Origin: a virus
Direction: 5' to 3' (one strand)
IMG/VR virus record: IMGVR_UViG_3300008117_000049
Coordinates: 32,001 to 96,000 of that record
DNA length: 64,000 nt
Position numbers and translations under genes: made by a program. The notes below the pieces were generated by a model that did not search any database, was not told the DNA's origin, and saw only the letters and a list, made by a program, of their open reading frames with translations. Positions 38,401-48,166 of the stretch are shown piece by piece (within the stretch, counting starts at the first letter, position 1; the number at the start of each line of letters is the position of its first letter).

Positions 38401-38552
38401 TCTCCAGGTCCCCATTTTTTCCATGCACGCCCATTTCCATGCTGACGCATGGAAAAAGTGCTAACCCACAAATCCAGAACCCCCGGAGTCCAGGCCCTTC
38501 ATCTAACACATAAGCCTTATGTTTTTTCAGGGAGATGAGCCTCACCATTTCT

Positions 38553-38619
38553 GTTCGCTCTGGGCGAAATAAGTTTTTTTGACATTTTGGAATAAATGAC
38601 GAACACTTGGTGTTATAGT
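38553..38619 (+). promoter_or_regulatory. ClgR-type operator plus SigR/SigH-type promoter
   Basis: GTTCGC-TCTGG-GCGAAA; GGAAT(38589)-N18-GTT overlapping TATAGT. Confidence 0.7.
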
Positions 38620-38737
38620 CTGTGTATCAACGAAAAACACTCCCAAAAAAAGTTTTGGAAATGGACTTGACAAAGTGGTGAAAATCACTATTGTTGATAG
38701 TAGATACAAAAAAGCGTTTTAGATAAGGAGAGACCAA

Positions 38738-39292
38738 ATGAACGCAAACACAGAAAAAACAGTAGTTGGCAAGGCACTCTATTTAGAGTTCCGCAAAGAC
38801 AACTACACCTACCAAATGGTTATCACGCCACCAGCGACTAACGCTGAAGGTGGGGTAATCCCGGCTTGTGTAATGGAGAGACGACTTTCGTCTTGGCATC
38901 CACGCAAGAACTGGAACTTTTCATCAGTTCCAACAACTGGGGACTTCGTTCTACCTCGTCAAGCGAGTGGCGAGTTCCAGCAAGAGACTGACCTAAATCG
39001 TGTAAAGCACATTTCTGCTACACACCTACACAGATTAGTTTCAAAAACCATTGACTCACTTATTCACAGAGATTGGAAGTTGTTCAAGCAACCAATCACA
39101 GTTGAGGCAACTTACAAGGATGTTGAACTTATCAAATCTGGTAAGACTTCAAACGAACTTGTTCGTAGGATTGAACGCTCTCGTAAAGCGTTTAATTTCC
39201 CAGAGGCGTTATTTGATGCACCTGCACCAGTAGCACCTGCAACACCAACTGTTGTCACCCTGACACCAGTAACTCCCGGCGTAGCAAGATAA
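38738..39292 (+). CDS. Hypothetical protein
   Basis: AAGGAG RBS; heads AAA/VWA unit. Confidence 0.7.
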   Translation: MNANTEKTVVGKALYLEFRKDNYTYQMVITPPATNAEGGVIPACVMERRLSSWHPRKNWNFSSVPTTGDFVLPRQASGEFQQETDLNRVKHISATHLHRLVSKTIDSLIHRDWKLFKQPITVEATYKDVELIKSGKTSNELVRRIERSRKAFNFPEALFDAPAPVAPATPTVVTLTPVTPGVAR

Positions 39293-39306
39293 GGAGACCA
39301 ACCAAA

Positions 39307-40341
39307 ATGACTACACCAAACACAAATCCAACCTCACAAGAGTGGGTTGAAAACCAGCGTAGGATTCACGAGAACCTACCAGTCATGCTCAGCGCAGTTG
39401 TTGGGCAAGTTCTAAATCCAGTTGTCGCATCTGACCTAAACTTAGGTTATGACGAGACAGCAGGTAAAGCAGTTATTCGCAATCGTGATAACGCCAACAC
39501 TGAGAAAGCAGGAGTTCAAGTGACGCAAGTCGACGCTCTTGCTGGTGAAAGTTTTTATGTTCGCCCTAATGGACAGAAATACTTCACTCGTAAGTGGGGG
39601 CAACACACAGATGTTGAAGTTGCTCGTAGCCAGCGAGCAAGTGCGACTGGAAAGTCAATCTTGCTTTATGGTGCACCGGGCACTGGAAAGACAGCAATGT
39701 TTGAAGGTGCTTTTGGTGACGACCTAATCACAGTTCTTGGAACTGGCGACACCGAAGTTGGCGACCTAGTTGGTGGCTATGTTCAAACAATCGCTGGTGG
39801 CTTTGAGTGGGTGGATGGGCCGCTAGTGCGAGCAGCAGAAGAGGGCAAAGTCCTACTGATTGACGAGATTGGTTTGATTGACCCCAAAGTTCTTTCAGTC
39901 GTCTATGGTCTTATGGATGGTCGTAGAGAACTCAAAGTAACTGCCAACCCTGAACGAGCAATCGTTAAGGCTAAGGATGGTTTCTTCGTGGTGGCTGCTA
40001 CTAACCCTAACGCTCCCGGAGTAAATCTTTCTGAGGCTCTACTCTCTCGCTTTGGTATTCAAGCAGAAATGACTACTGACTGGACACTTGCTCGTAAGTT
40101 AGGAGTTCCAGCACAAGCAGTAACTTGTGCACAGAACCTAGCCAAAAAGCAACAGTCTGATGAAGTCAACTGGTCACCACAAATGCGTGAGTTGCTAGAT
40201 TACAGAGACATCTCTGCTGAACTTGGTGCAGACTGGGCAGTCTCTAACTTGATTGCCCAAGCACCAGTTGAAGACAGAGCGATTGTCGCTGATGTATTTA
40301 CTCGTGTCTATGGCACAGAGTTCAAGCCAGCCAAAATCTAG
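39307..40341 (+). CDS. MoxR/CobS-like AAA+ ATPase
   Basis: GAPGTGKT, WVDGPL, LLIDE, ATNP, LSEALLSRF. Confidence 0.88.
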   Translation: MTTPNTNPTSQEWVENQRRIHENLPVMLSAVVGQVLNPVVASDLNLGYDETAGKAVIRNRDNANTEKAGVQVTQVDALAGESFYVRPNGQKYFTRKWGQHTDVEVARSQRASATGKSILLYGAPGTGKTAMFEGAFGDDLITVLGTGDTEVGDLVGGYVQTIAGGFEWVDGPLVRAAEEGKVLLIDEIGLIDPKVLSVVYGLMDGRRELKVTANPERAIVKAKDGFFVVAATNPNAPGVNLSEALLSRFGIQAEMTTDWTLARKLGVPAQAVTCAQNLAKKQQSDEVNWSPQMRELLDYRDISAELGADWAVSNLIAQAPVEDRAIVADVFTRVYGTEFKPAKI

Positions 40342-40480
40342 GTCTCCGATTTTGGCTCGTGTGTGGGGTGGCTTACCCTTAGATTTCCGCCCCACACACA
40401 CCCTAAAAATCTGGGAATAAATCTTGACATTTTTTAGTTTTATACAGTAAAGTAGTAGTAACAAGAAAAGGAGTTCAGAA

Positions 40481-42376
40481 ATGAGCCACTACAAAGTAAG
40501 CACCAAAACCATTGGTCGCACCCACCCTGACTGGTTGAAAGTCAATGCCAGCGTTGGCAAGATTGTCAACAAATGGTCGCTACGCCAAGACCTAGTTGTA
40601 GGTCTAGTTGAGGACACCACCATTGGTGCACCTGCGTGTTTCAATCCTGCCACAGCAGAGATTGAAGTTTGTATCAGCAAAGCGTTTGGCAATGTTGAGC
40701 CAAAAGAAGTTGGCGAACTTACACACCGAAAAAATCAACTTAAGCACCCAACTGCTACTGGTGCTATTTTCCACGAGGCACTCCACGCTAGGATTTCTCG
40801 CTGGTCATTAGAGCAAGCAGCAAAAGATTTAGATGCAAGACACTTGCGTTTCTTGCATGCTATGGAAGAGGGTCGCATTGAGTATTGGGGTTGCGTATTT
40901 GTTCCAGAGAACAGATTGCTACTTCGTGCTTGTGCAATGGAAATCGTTATGGCAGAACTTGACGAGCAAGTTAAAAATGTTTCAAAAGTAGACGCTGCTG
41001 CCTTTACTGCTCTGCTCACTCTTGCGAGAGTAGACGCTGGCGTTTTGGATGCAAATGATGTTCCAGAAGTTGTTATGGAAATCCTGCACGAGGTTCTTGG
41101 TAAAGAGACCATTGACCAGTTGCGTGAAATCTGGAAAGAGTTCCAAGCACACAGCGACCACGAAAACGCATTACCACTTTACGAACTTACAAATCGTTTC
41201 ATTGAAGTTCTTGATGCACGCAAAGATGAAGTTGGCGAGAAACCAACTGAAACACCAAAAGGTGGTTGCGAGTATCCGGGTGGAGAGAGTGGCACACCAG
41301 AACCGGGCACATCAAAGCCGAGCGAGGATGGCACACCTACACCAAGCAACGAACCTACTGACGAGCAAGTCAAGCAGTTCAAGAAGTTCATTGAGCAAGT
41401 CAAAGACGCAGTTGAAGAAATGAAAGACATTGTTCAGATTGCCAACCAAGACGACATCAATGACGAGATTGACATGGATGAACGCAAAGAAGAAGTCGAG
41501 CAAAGAGACAAAGCACACGAAGAAAAGAAACATCGTGACAAGATTGCTGACGAAGTTTTCTCTGCTGGTTCTCACATAACTGGAATTAGAACCAACTCTG
41601 TTCTTCAAGACTCTCGCTCACCTAAGCCAGAAGAACTGGCAGCAGCCAACAAAGTTGCTAACGCTTTGCGTAAAGCAAAGTATCGTGAGCGTTCACAAGT
41701 TCGTGCTGGTAGCGTTGTTCCACCAGGTCGCTTGCGTTCTCGTGCAGTTGTTCAGCGTGAGGCTCTTAAGGCTAAGGGCGTTGTATCTCCGATTGAAACT
41801 TGGAGACGCACACAGCGTAAGCAAACAGAAGACCCAACATTAAAGGTTGGCGTTATGGTGGACATTTCTGGTTCTATGAAACCAGCAATGCAACCAATGG
41901 GCATTACTGCGTGGATTATGTCAGAGGCAGTTCGTAGGATTCAGGGCAAGTGTGCAATGGTCTATTACGGTCAGAATGTATTTGCCACTCTTAAGCCGGG
42001 ACAGAAGTTGGACAAAGTGAAGACTTTCACTGCCACCGACTCAACCGAAGAGTTTGCCAAAGCGTTCAAGGCTCTTGACAGTGGCTTGGGTCTAACCAGT
42101 GGAGACGGTGCGAGATTGCTCGTAGTTGTTTCTGACGGTAGATACCGTAGCGACCAGCAAGCATACGCCAAGCAGTTGCTCAAAGAGGCTGACCGTAAGG
42201 GCGTGGCTATCTTGTGGCTGACATTTGACGGTAAGACTGGCTACGCTAAGTCATACCTAGACGGAACAAGTGGCGAGATTGTATCGCTCAACAGCACCGA
42301 GTCGCCAGTCAAAGCAGCGCAGGTAATCGGACAGACCGCGGCCAAAGTGGTCTCGGCAATCGGCTCACGAGTCTAA
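40481..42376 (+). CDS. CobT-like HExxH plus VWA domain protein
   Basis: HEALH..EEGRIE; MIDAS DISGS, VVSDG. Confidence 0.82.
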   Translation: MSHYKVSTKTIGRTHPDWLKVNASVGKIVNKWSLRQDLVVGLVEDTTIGAPACFNPATAEIEVCISKAFGNVEPKEVGELTHRKNQLKHPTATGAIFHEALHARISRWSLEQAAKDLDARHLRFLHAMEEGRIEYWGCVFVPENRLLLRACAMEIVMAELDEQVKNVSKVDAAAFTALLTLARVDAGVLDANDVPEVVMEILHEVLGKETIDQLREIWKEFQAHSDHENALPLYELTNRFIEVLDARKDEVGEKPTETPKGGCEYPGGESGTPEPGTSKPSEDGTPTPSNEPTDEQVKQFKKFIEQVKDAVEEMKDIVQIANQDDINDEIDMDERKEEVEQRDKAHEEKKHRDKIADEVFSAGSHITGIRTNSVLQDSRSPKPEELAAANKVANALRKAKYRERSQVRAGSVVPPGRLRSRAVVQREALKAKGVVSPIETWRRTQRKQTEDPTLKVGVMVDISGSMKPAMQPMGITAWIMSEAVRRIQGKCAMVYYGQNVFATLKPGQKLDKVKTFTATDSTEEFAKAFKALDSGLGLTSGDGARLLVVVSDGRYRSDQQAYAKQLLKEADRKGVAILWLTFDGKTGYAKSYLDGTSGEIVSLNSTESPVKAAQVIGQTAAKVVSAIGSRV

Positions 42377-42484
42377 TCGGCTCGTGTAGAAGTAGGGGCT
42401 GGCAAGAGAACGGCTAGCCCTTACTTCAAACCTTAACGGCAAGCCTAACGGCTTGCCTTAGATAGAAAGAATAGGAGACTAACG

Positions 42485-42889
42485 GTGGGACAGTATCACA
42501 GATTAGTTAACATAGATAAGCAAGAGTGGGTAGACCCTCACGGATTAGGTCTAGGGTCAAAGCAGTATGAGCAAACGGGTTGCGATGCATCACTAGCAGA
42601 CGCAATGTATGTGCTTGTAATGACAAGCCCTGATAGTGGTGGTGGAGATTTCCCCATGACAGACATTTCTGGTCGCTGGGTAGGCGACAGAGTTTTGATT
42701 GTGGGAGATTACACAGACAAAGACGCAGTGCCCGGATTTGTTGGGGCTGACGCTATTTATCAGTTGGCAGAGGCTCAATACAAAGACATTACCCCTGATG
42801 TTCGCAAAGCGTTGAGCAAAGTGTTCAGGATTGAATACAGCACAACGACTATGGGCAATCATACATTTTGGAACAGAGTTCTGGAATAA
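42485..42889 (+). CDS. Conserved phage hypothetical protein
   Basis: MGQYH..VNIDK.E; GRWVGDRV..VGDY. Confidence 0.7.
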   Translation: MGQYHRLVNIDKQEWVDPHGLGLGSKQYEQTGCDASLADAMYVLVMTSPDSGGGDFPMTDISGRWVGDRVLIVGDYTDKDAVPGFVGADAIYQLAEAQYKDITPDVRKALSKVFRIEYSTTTMGNHTFWNRVLE

Positions 42890-43046
42890 ACCAAACGCAA
42901 AGAGTCCCCTGATTTTTCAGGGGATTTTTTGTTGCACCTGGGGTAATACTTTTTCCATGCGAGAGGTTTGTTCCATGCTTCGCATGGAAAAACCAATAAC
43001 CTGCGTTTCCTTATGTTTTTTCTTCGTTTGAAGGTGTCGTCTTCTT

Positions 43047-43113
43047 GTTCGCTCAGGGCGAACAGAAAAATACTTGCCAAAGGGAAGAAAATGTCAGCGT
43101 AGTGTGTTATCTT
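43047..43113 (+). promoter_or_regulatory. Perfect ClgR-type operator plus SigR/SigH-type promoter
   Basis: TGTTCGC-TCAGG-GCGAACA; GGAAG(43083)-N18-GTT overlapping TATCTT. Confidence 0.72.
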
Positions 43114-43149
43114 TCTTGTATGGGAAATGACAAAACGATTGGAGACCAA

Positions 43150-43434
43150 ATGCAATACTCAACTCTTTTTCCAAAGGTAACCCTAGTAAAGCGTTCACAG
43201 GGACAGCGTGGGCAGTATGGGGCTAGAAAAGCCTACATGATTTACATAAGGCAGTTAAACCCCACAGGGCGTTGGTGCGTCTTTATGTCTTGGGGCAGAG
43301 AAGAAGCACCTAACTCTTGGATGGGCAGTGAAAAGATTTTTGCGACAGAGCAGGAGGCAGTTGCTTTTGCTTGGGATAAGTTCTACGAAAAGATTGACAA
43401 AGGCTACACAGAAAAAGTCTTGAAAAATAGTTAA
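43150..43434 (+). CDS. WGR-domain-like protein
   Basis: Y.I....WCVFMSWGR....F....A...EKIDKGY; GGAGA RBS. Confidence 0.7.
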   Translation: MQYSTLFPKVTLVKRSQGQRGQYGARKAYMIYIRQLNPTGRWCVFMSWGREEAPNSWMGSEKIFATEQEAVAFAWDKFYEKIDKGYTEKVLKNS

Positions 43435-43515
43435 AAATAAACTTGACATTTGGGAATAAATCCTGAATAATCATAGTTATAGTTATTATAGAAGTTCTTT
43501 TGAAAGGAGAACAAA

Positions 43516-43845
43516 GTGGAAAGACTAGGAATCCACACTGAGTCAGCAAAGGCTCAGTTGCTAACAACCCCAATCAAGTTTGACTTGGCTGGTAAATCAG
43601 GAGTCACCATTGACTCTTTCGCTAACGCTGAGGGCGAGGCTATTTATCGTCTTCAATGGACTGACTATGTAGTAAATGAGTGGAACGAGTTTTACGCAAC
43701 TCTTTCTCTTGCTCTTGCTCGCGTAGCAGTTCTATCTGCCTGTATCGAAGAAGACTTAAAGAACGAAGAAACATTGTTCTTTAAGAGCGACTCCGAGACT
43801 TTCGCAAACCACGCATACAACTTCATAAGCAACGAGGTGAAATAA
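43516..43845 (+). CDS. Hypothetical protein
   Basis: GAAAGGAG RBS, own promoter. Confidence 0.65.
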   Translation: MERLGIHTESAKAQLLTTPIKFDLAGKSGVTIDSFANAEGEAIYRLQWTDYVVNEWNEFYATLSLALARVAVLSACIEEDLKNEETLFFKSDSETFANHAYNFISNEVK

Positions 43846-44150
43846 TGACTGACAACAGAACCCACCCTTGCCCAACTTGTGATGGGCAGATTCCGAACAA
43901 CGAAACTCCCGGAGCATACCCCGGTGCTATCTCACGCAAGGATAACAAAACAGAAATCTGTTCTGCGTGTGGAATGAACGAGGCTTTCGCAGATTACAAA
44001 AAGCAACTCAGGGAAGTTTCTGGGATTGTTTGGCAGTCAACTGTTTTGGCAGAAATGGTTGAGCACCTAAACGACAACGAGATTTCATTACTCGTCAACG
44101 CTCTCAATGACGCAGTTGCCGAAATCTGCGAGTCCTACGACATAAAGTAG
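43845..44150 (+). CDS. Zn-finger phage protein
   Basis: CPTC...YPGAISRKDNKTEICSACG. Confidence 0.65.
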   Translation: MTDNRTHPCPTCDGQIPNNETPGAYPGAISRKDNKTEICSACGMNEAFADYKKQLREVSGIVWQSTVLAEMVEHLNDNEISLLVNALNDAVAEICESYDIK

Positions 44151-44235
44151 AAACTCTGGGTGTGGGGTTGCCAAGTGTCAGCCCCACACTCTATAATAAA
44201 ATACATAACAACTCTCTTGAAAGGAGAACTGCCAA

Positions 44236-44646
44236 ATGGCAAACTACTACGCAACAGAAAGAACCAACTACTTCTTGGTTAACAACGAAGAGGGGTTCTT
44301 AGAAGATGTCCAAACTTTTTTGGGCAACCACGAAATCCTTAGAAAAGAAAAGGATGGCAAAACTTATTTTGCGATTCTTGGGGATTATGAAAATGGGCAA
44401 GGGCTACCTGCTTATTACGAACACGAAGGCGACACATTTGAGTTAGAGTGGGCTGACTTTTTCAAAGCACACTTGGCAGAGGGTTCTGTCGCAATCATCA
44501 TGCACGCTGGTAACGAGAAAATGCGTTATGTAATGGGCTATGCTCACGCTTACAACTGGAAAGGCGAAGTTAAGACTATTGACCTGCGTGACATTTACGA
44601 ACTTGCCAAAGAACTTGGCAACGACATTACAGAAGTGGAGTTTTAA
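44236..44646 (+). CDS. Hypothetical protein
   Basis: RTNYF...GNEKMRY; GAAAGGAG RBS. Confidence 0.65.
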   Translation: MANYYATERTNYFLVNNEEGFLEDVQTFLGNHEILRKEKDGKTYFAILGDYENGQGLPAYYEHEGDTFELEWADFFKAHLAEGSVAIIMHAGNEKMRYVMGYAHAYNWKGEVKTIDLRDIYELAKELGNDITEVEF

Positions 44647-44841
44647 ATGGGTAAGCAAGTTTATTTCGTAGTCTATGCCGACTTAGATACCAAAGAACTA
44701 ATCGTTGATGATGGAACTTTGGAGGCTCGTTTCAACGAGGGTTCTATTTGGAACACCGAAACTAACGAGTGGGAAGACGAGGCTAAAATCAGCGAACTGG
44801 CTGAGGCACAAGAAATCCTTAAAAAAGGTTTAGTGGACTAA
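44647..44841 (+). CDS. Hypothetical protein
   Basis: ORF track. Confidence 0.5.
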   Translation: MGKQVYFVVYADLDTKELIVDDGTLEARFNEGSIWNTETNEWEDEAKISELAEAQEILKKGLVD

Positions 44842-44948
44842 CCATTGACAAGCGAAAGCCACTTGCCCTATACTTGTAGGGTGAGTGGTAATCGCCATTC
44901 ACAACAAAGTGTAAAATGATTTATAGAAAAGATTGAGGTGAAAAAATC

Positions 44949-45215
44949 ATGAAGAAATACATTGTAGTTGCAGAAGTGAACTTTGAAGTTTATGACACTG
45001 ACGAGTTCTCCGCTGAAAGACAGGGGCTTATTGCCCTAGCCAGATTTGTTGGCGACCCAGACGCAAGGGGGTATGACAACGAATACGCAGACTTGCCAAC
45101 TCCGTCTATCCACCCAGTTACAATCAGGGTTGAAGACGAGAATGGAAAGTTCTTGGCTGGCTCTACACCAGCAACCTTAAACAAGGTTGAAGACAAAGAA
45201 GAAACAGCAGAGTAA
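44949..45215 (+). CDS. Hypothetical protein
   Basis: GAGGTG RBS. Confidence 0.55.
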   Translation: MKKYIVVAEVNFEVYDTDEFSAERQGLIALARFVGDPDARGYDNEYADLPTPSIHPVTIRVEDENGKFLAGSTPATLNKVEDKEETAE

Positions 45216-45245
45216 TCTGCCTCAAACAGAAAGACAAAGAGACAA

Positions 45246-45524
45246 ATGAACCTAGCAATAGCACTCGGAAATACCATTAGAAAAATGCGAGTCGATAGGG
45301 AGATAACCCTAAGACAACTCAGCGCAAGGTCGCATACTTCGCTTGGGTATCTGTCTGAGATTGAACGAGGAACGAAAGAAGTTTCTTCAACAGTCTTGCA
45401 GAGTATCGCAGATGGTTTAGATGTTCCGCTTTACTTAATACTTTCAGAATGCTCAGTATCACTAATGTGTGCAGACGAAAGAGAAAAAGAAAACCGGGGC
45501 ATGGAAAATCTAGTAGCCTTCTAA
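45246..45524 (+). CDS. clgR: ClgR-like XRE transcriptional regulator
   Basis: G..IR..R....TLRQLS.....SLGYLSEIERGTKEVSS..L..I...LDVPL matches the actinobacterial ClgR signature SLGYLSE(V/I)ERGxKEASS. Confidence 0.72.
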   Translation: MNLAIALGNTIRKMRVDREITLRQLSARSHTSLGYLSEIERGTKEVSSTVLQSIADGLDVPLYLILSECSVSLMCADEREKENRGMENLVAF

Positions 45525-45544
45525 AAAACATAAGGAGAGACGAA

Positions 45545-45682
45545 ATGAACACATTGCTGAGGCTATCTGCCGAATCCACAGTGGACATCTACCTACTTGC
45601 TGAAAGTGAGGAGTTGATTGCTCTAATCAAACAGAACAAGCCATACACCGAACTTTTGGAGTGGGTTAACGAGAACTTCTAG
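45545..45682 (+). CDS. Small hypothetical protein
   Basis: AAGGAG RBS before ATG 45545. Confidence 0.55.
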   Translation: MNTLLRLSAESTVDIYLLAESEELIALIKQNKPYTELLEWVNENF

Positions 45683-45747
45683 TTCTCTTAGAGCGAACAA
45701 AAAACTTTGGCGTTTTGGAATAAAATGTCAGTGTTGTAGGTTATAGT
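45682..45747 (+). promoter_or_regulatory. ClgR-type operator plus SigR/SigH-type promoter
   Basis: GTTCTC-TTAGA-GCGAAC; GGAAT(45717)-N18-GTT overlapping TATAGT. Confidence 0.68.
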
Positions 45748-45799
45748 AAATGTATCAAGCAGAAATGCTTGGTGGCTAAACGAAGGAGATAGATACCAA

Positions 45800-46123
45800 A
45801 TGAAAAAGCCACTAACAAACATAATCAAGGGCAAGACCGTAGAAGTTGGTTTTGACCACAATGTCCGAGTTGCATTGGACAAGTTCAGCGAGGCTCTGGA
45901 GGCTAAGAAGTTAGCCGACAAAGCCAAAGAAGAGGCTGAGGAAGTCTTAAGACTTGCTCTCGGTGACGCAGAGTTCGCTACCATTAGCGGACAAAAGGCG
46001 TTCAAAATGATGCAGGTAATTATGGACAGACCAGACCTTAAGAAACTTCAAGCGGAGTTTCCAGAGGTCTACACCGCAGTCGCAGTTGACGGCTCTTACG
46101 AGTTCATCAGAGCGATAAACTAA
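45800..46123 (+). CDS. Hypothetical protein, resembles C-terminal helical part of YqaJ-type proteins
   Basis: Coiled coil then DLKKLQAEFPEVY. Confidence 0.55.
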   Translation: MKKPLTNIIKGKTVEVGFDHNVRVALDKFSEALEAKKLADKAKEEAEEVLRLALGDAEFATISGQKAFKMMQVIMDRPDLKKLQAEFPEVYTAVAVDGSYEFIRAIN

Positions 46124-46127
46124 AAAC

Positions 46128-46288
46128 TTGGTGGGCAGTGTTTCACTTCCTTTCAAATCACTGGCACTGCCCACCAAACAAACTCCGTTAGGTTTCACTT
46201 CCATTTTCCTAACGGCACGGCAAGCAAGAACCTGCCCTTTCTGTTTGCCAGCCCCTAACCGTATGACGCGGTTAGGGGTTTTACTTTT
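46128..46288 (+). ncRNA. Multi-hairpin RNA with anti-SD-like loops and terminator
   Basis: Two stems each displaying TTTCACTTCC, third C-rich loop, then terminator. Confidence 0.5.
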
Positions 46289-46289
46289 A

Positions 46290-46567
46290 ACGGCTTGCCT
46301 AGAACGGCTAGCCCCTAACGGCTTGCCCTTTGTAGAAATGACGGCAAGCCTTTTACGCAAGCGTAGAACGCTTGACGGGAGACTTGACGGGTGCTTATAG
46401 CACAAGCGTAGAACGCTTGACGGGTCGCTTTTATGTAATAGACGCACACAAACCCTAACGGGTCGTGTTTTTGCACCTGCAGAAGCAGAGTGGCTGAGGG
46501 AGAAGAAATAACATAAGCAACGCACAAGAGGAAGAAGCAGAAGCAGAAGCAGAAGCAGAAGCAGAAG
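46290..46567 (+). repeat. ACGGCWWGCC array, 22-bp direct repeat and (AGAAGC)n tract
   Basis: Four ACGGCWWGCC; CAAGCGTAGAACGCTTGACGGG at 46358 and 46403; AGAAGC x5.8 at 46533-46567. Confidence 0.8.
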
Positions 46568-46770
46568 AAACAATGCACATTGCGAAATAAAGCATAAGAA
46601 AGCATGAGGCAAAAATCTGGGATACCAGATTTTCCATGCAACCCAGAAGTCCATGCTTCGCATGGAAAAATAAGGGACCCGGATTTTTACCTTTGAGATT
46701 TGGATGCAGAGGCGAAGATGAGATTTTTTTGTTCTTATGTTTTTAATTTGAGTTTGGAGAAGATTTTTTT

Positions 46771-46836
46771 GTTCGCTCTGGGCAAACAAAAAGTTTTCCT
46801 GTTTGGGAAGATTTTGTCTGGGGTTGGAGTTATTGT
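46771..46836 (+). promoter_or_regulatory. ClgR-type operator plus SigR/SigH-type promoter
   Basis: GTTCGC-TCTGG-GCAAAC; GGAAG(46806)-N18-GTT. Confidence 0.65.
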
Positions 46837-46854
46837 ATGTATAGGAGGTGGAAC

Positions 46855-47007
46855 ATGAACCATAAAGTAGAGATACACATTGGCAATGTCAATGTGGGTA
46901 ATCACTTCTTCGCTACGCTAGATGAGGCTAACGCCTTTGTTGAACTATTCAACTCATCTAAGCACAGCCTAGATAACTCGCTGGCTATGTATGTGAACGC
47001 TTACTAA
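46855..47007 (+). CDS. 50-aa hypothetical protein
   Basis: AGGAGGTG RBS; MNHKVEIHIGNVNVGNHFFATLDEANAF... Confidence 0.6.
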   Translation: MNHKVEIHIGNVNVGNHFFATLDEANAFVELFNSSKHSLDNSLAMYVNAY

Positions 47008-47074
47008 ATAGCCACCTGCGACCTGAGCAAGTCCTAAAACTGCTCTAAACCTATTCTTTGTAAGGAGGCGCTCA

Positions 47075-47206
47075 ATGGTAAAGTTTTACTTTATTTTTGA
47101 TGGCTATGGTTATCCACTCTGCGATACTCACTCTGGGGGATTGCAACTTGGGGTGGAAACTGACCTAAGTTGTCATGCTTGCGACAAACTCGCTCAGGCT
47201 GAGTAG
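47075..47206 (+). CDS. 43-aa Cys/His peptide
   Basis: AAGGAGG RBS; CDTH...CHAC. Confidence 0.55.
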   Translation: MVKFYFIFDGYGYPLCDTHSGGLQLGVETDLSCHACDKLAQAE

Positions 47207-47387
47207 TCGCCACTAAAAGTCGCTCACTAGAAATAGTGGGCGATTTTTTTTGCATCCGAACTTGGCTGGGCCGGGGATTCCATAGTGCATGGAAAAACAG
47301 GGGACCGGGAAACTTGATGCGTCTTGCCTCAACTTCTATTTATTTGTTGTCTTATGTTTTTTCTCCAGGGCCTGGAGGCTTCTTAGC

Positions 47388-47453
47388 GTTCACTGAGGGA
47401 GAACAAAAAAAGTTGGCACATGGGAATAAAAAAGTAATGTATTGGGTTATTAT
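47388..47453 (+). promoter_or_regulatory. Degenerate ClgR-type operator plus SigR/SigH-type promoter
   Basis: GTTCAC-TGAGG-GAGAAC; GGAAT(47423)-N18-GTT. Confidence 0.6.
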
Positions 47454-47473
47454 TTGTATGGAGGTGAAAAACT

Positions 47474-47848
47474 ATGGATAACTTAGAGACAAAAGTCACG
47501 CTTAACAGCGACTGCACTTGCGTTGATGAAGATGACAACTTCATTGAAGAGTGTTTTGGTTGTTGGGATGATTCCAAGTATGACTTGGACTTACTTGTTA
47601 AAGAGGTTCAGGCTGATAAAGGCTGGACAGATGAGACAGAGGTTCAGGTTGAATACAGGGGAGTATCTTGGCGTAGAGTATCTGGCGATTTTGTTATGGC
47701 GTTCAACGCTGATGACTTAATCAAGAGGTTCTCGCTCAATGGCGACTTCAAGTTGGTATTTACTTATGCCAATGGCGAGTTGGTATTGGTTCGCTATTCT
47801 CATGATGAGCCTGTTGGGACAGGCAACATCACTTTCAAGGCTATCTAG
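47474..47848 (+). CDS. Hypothetical protein
   Basis: GGAGGTG RBS; C-terminal SHDEPVG. Confidence 0.65.
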   Translation: MDNLETKVTLNSDCTCVDEDDNFIEECFGCWDDSKYDLDLLVKEVQADKGWTDETEVQVEYRGVSWRRVSGDFVMAFNADDLIKRFSLNGDFKLVFTYANGELVLVRYSHDEPVGTGNITFKAI

Positions 47849-47911
47849 TCTTGGCAACCTGAGCAAGTTGTAAAAAGGCTCAACACTACAAAAGTCTTAA
47901 GGAGGCTGATT

Positions 47912-48166
47912 ATGGAGAACTCAAAAAGAACTCTGGAACTAGAAACTAAAACTGTCTACACAATGTTAGATACAATGGGGGACATTATCATTACTTCTGT
48001 CGAACTTCAAAAACAAATGGAGTTGGCTGGTAAAAAGATACCAAAAAAGTTATCTAAACAAACTCGCAAGATTATTCTGGCTCACGCTGATTTACAGATT
48101 GCAAATAAGCGTGTTGAAACTGCCGAGTTGGAGTCAATCTTCTCTATGGATTCATTCCAAAAGTAA
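47912..48166 (+). CDS. Hypothetical protein
   Basis: AAGGAGG RBS. Confidence 0.6.
   Translation: MENSKRTLELETKTVYTMLDTMGDIIITSVELQKQMELAGKKIPKKLSKQTRKIILAHADLQIANKRVETAELESIFSMDSFQK

Noticed and set aside
39307-42376. AAA+/VWA pair as a novel system
   Set aside because: CobS/CobT-like MoxR-VWA pairs are common in phages; annotated as features only
45947-46789. 280-aa minus-strand ORF and overlapping 46315..46641 and 46455..46637
   Set aside because: Low-complexity translations (poly-L, FCFC, SASA) produced by the AGAAGC tract; antisense to a real gene and regulatory motifs
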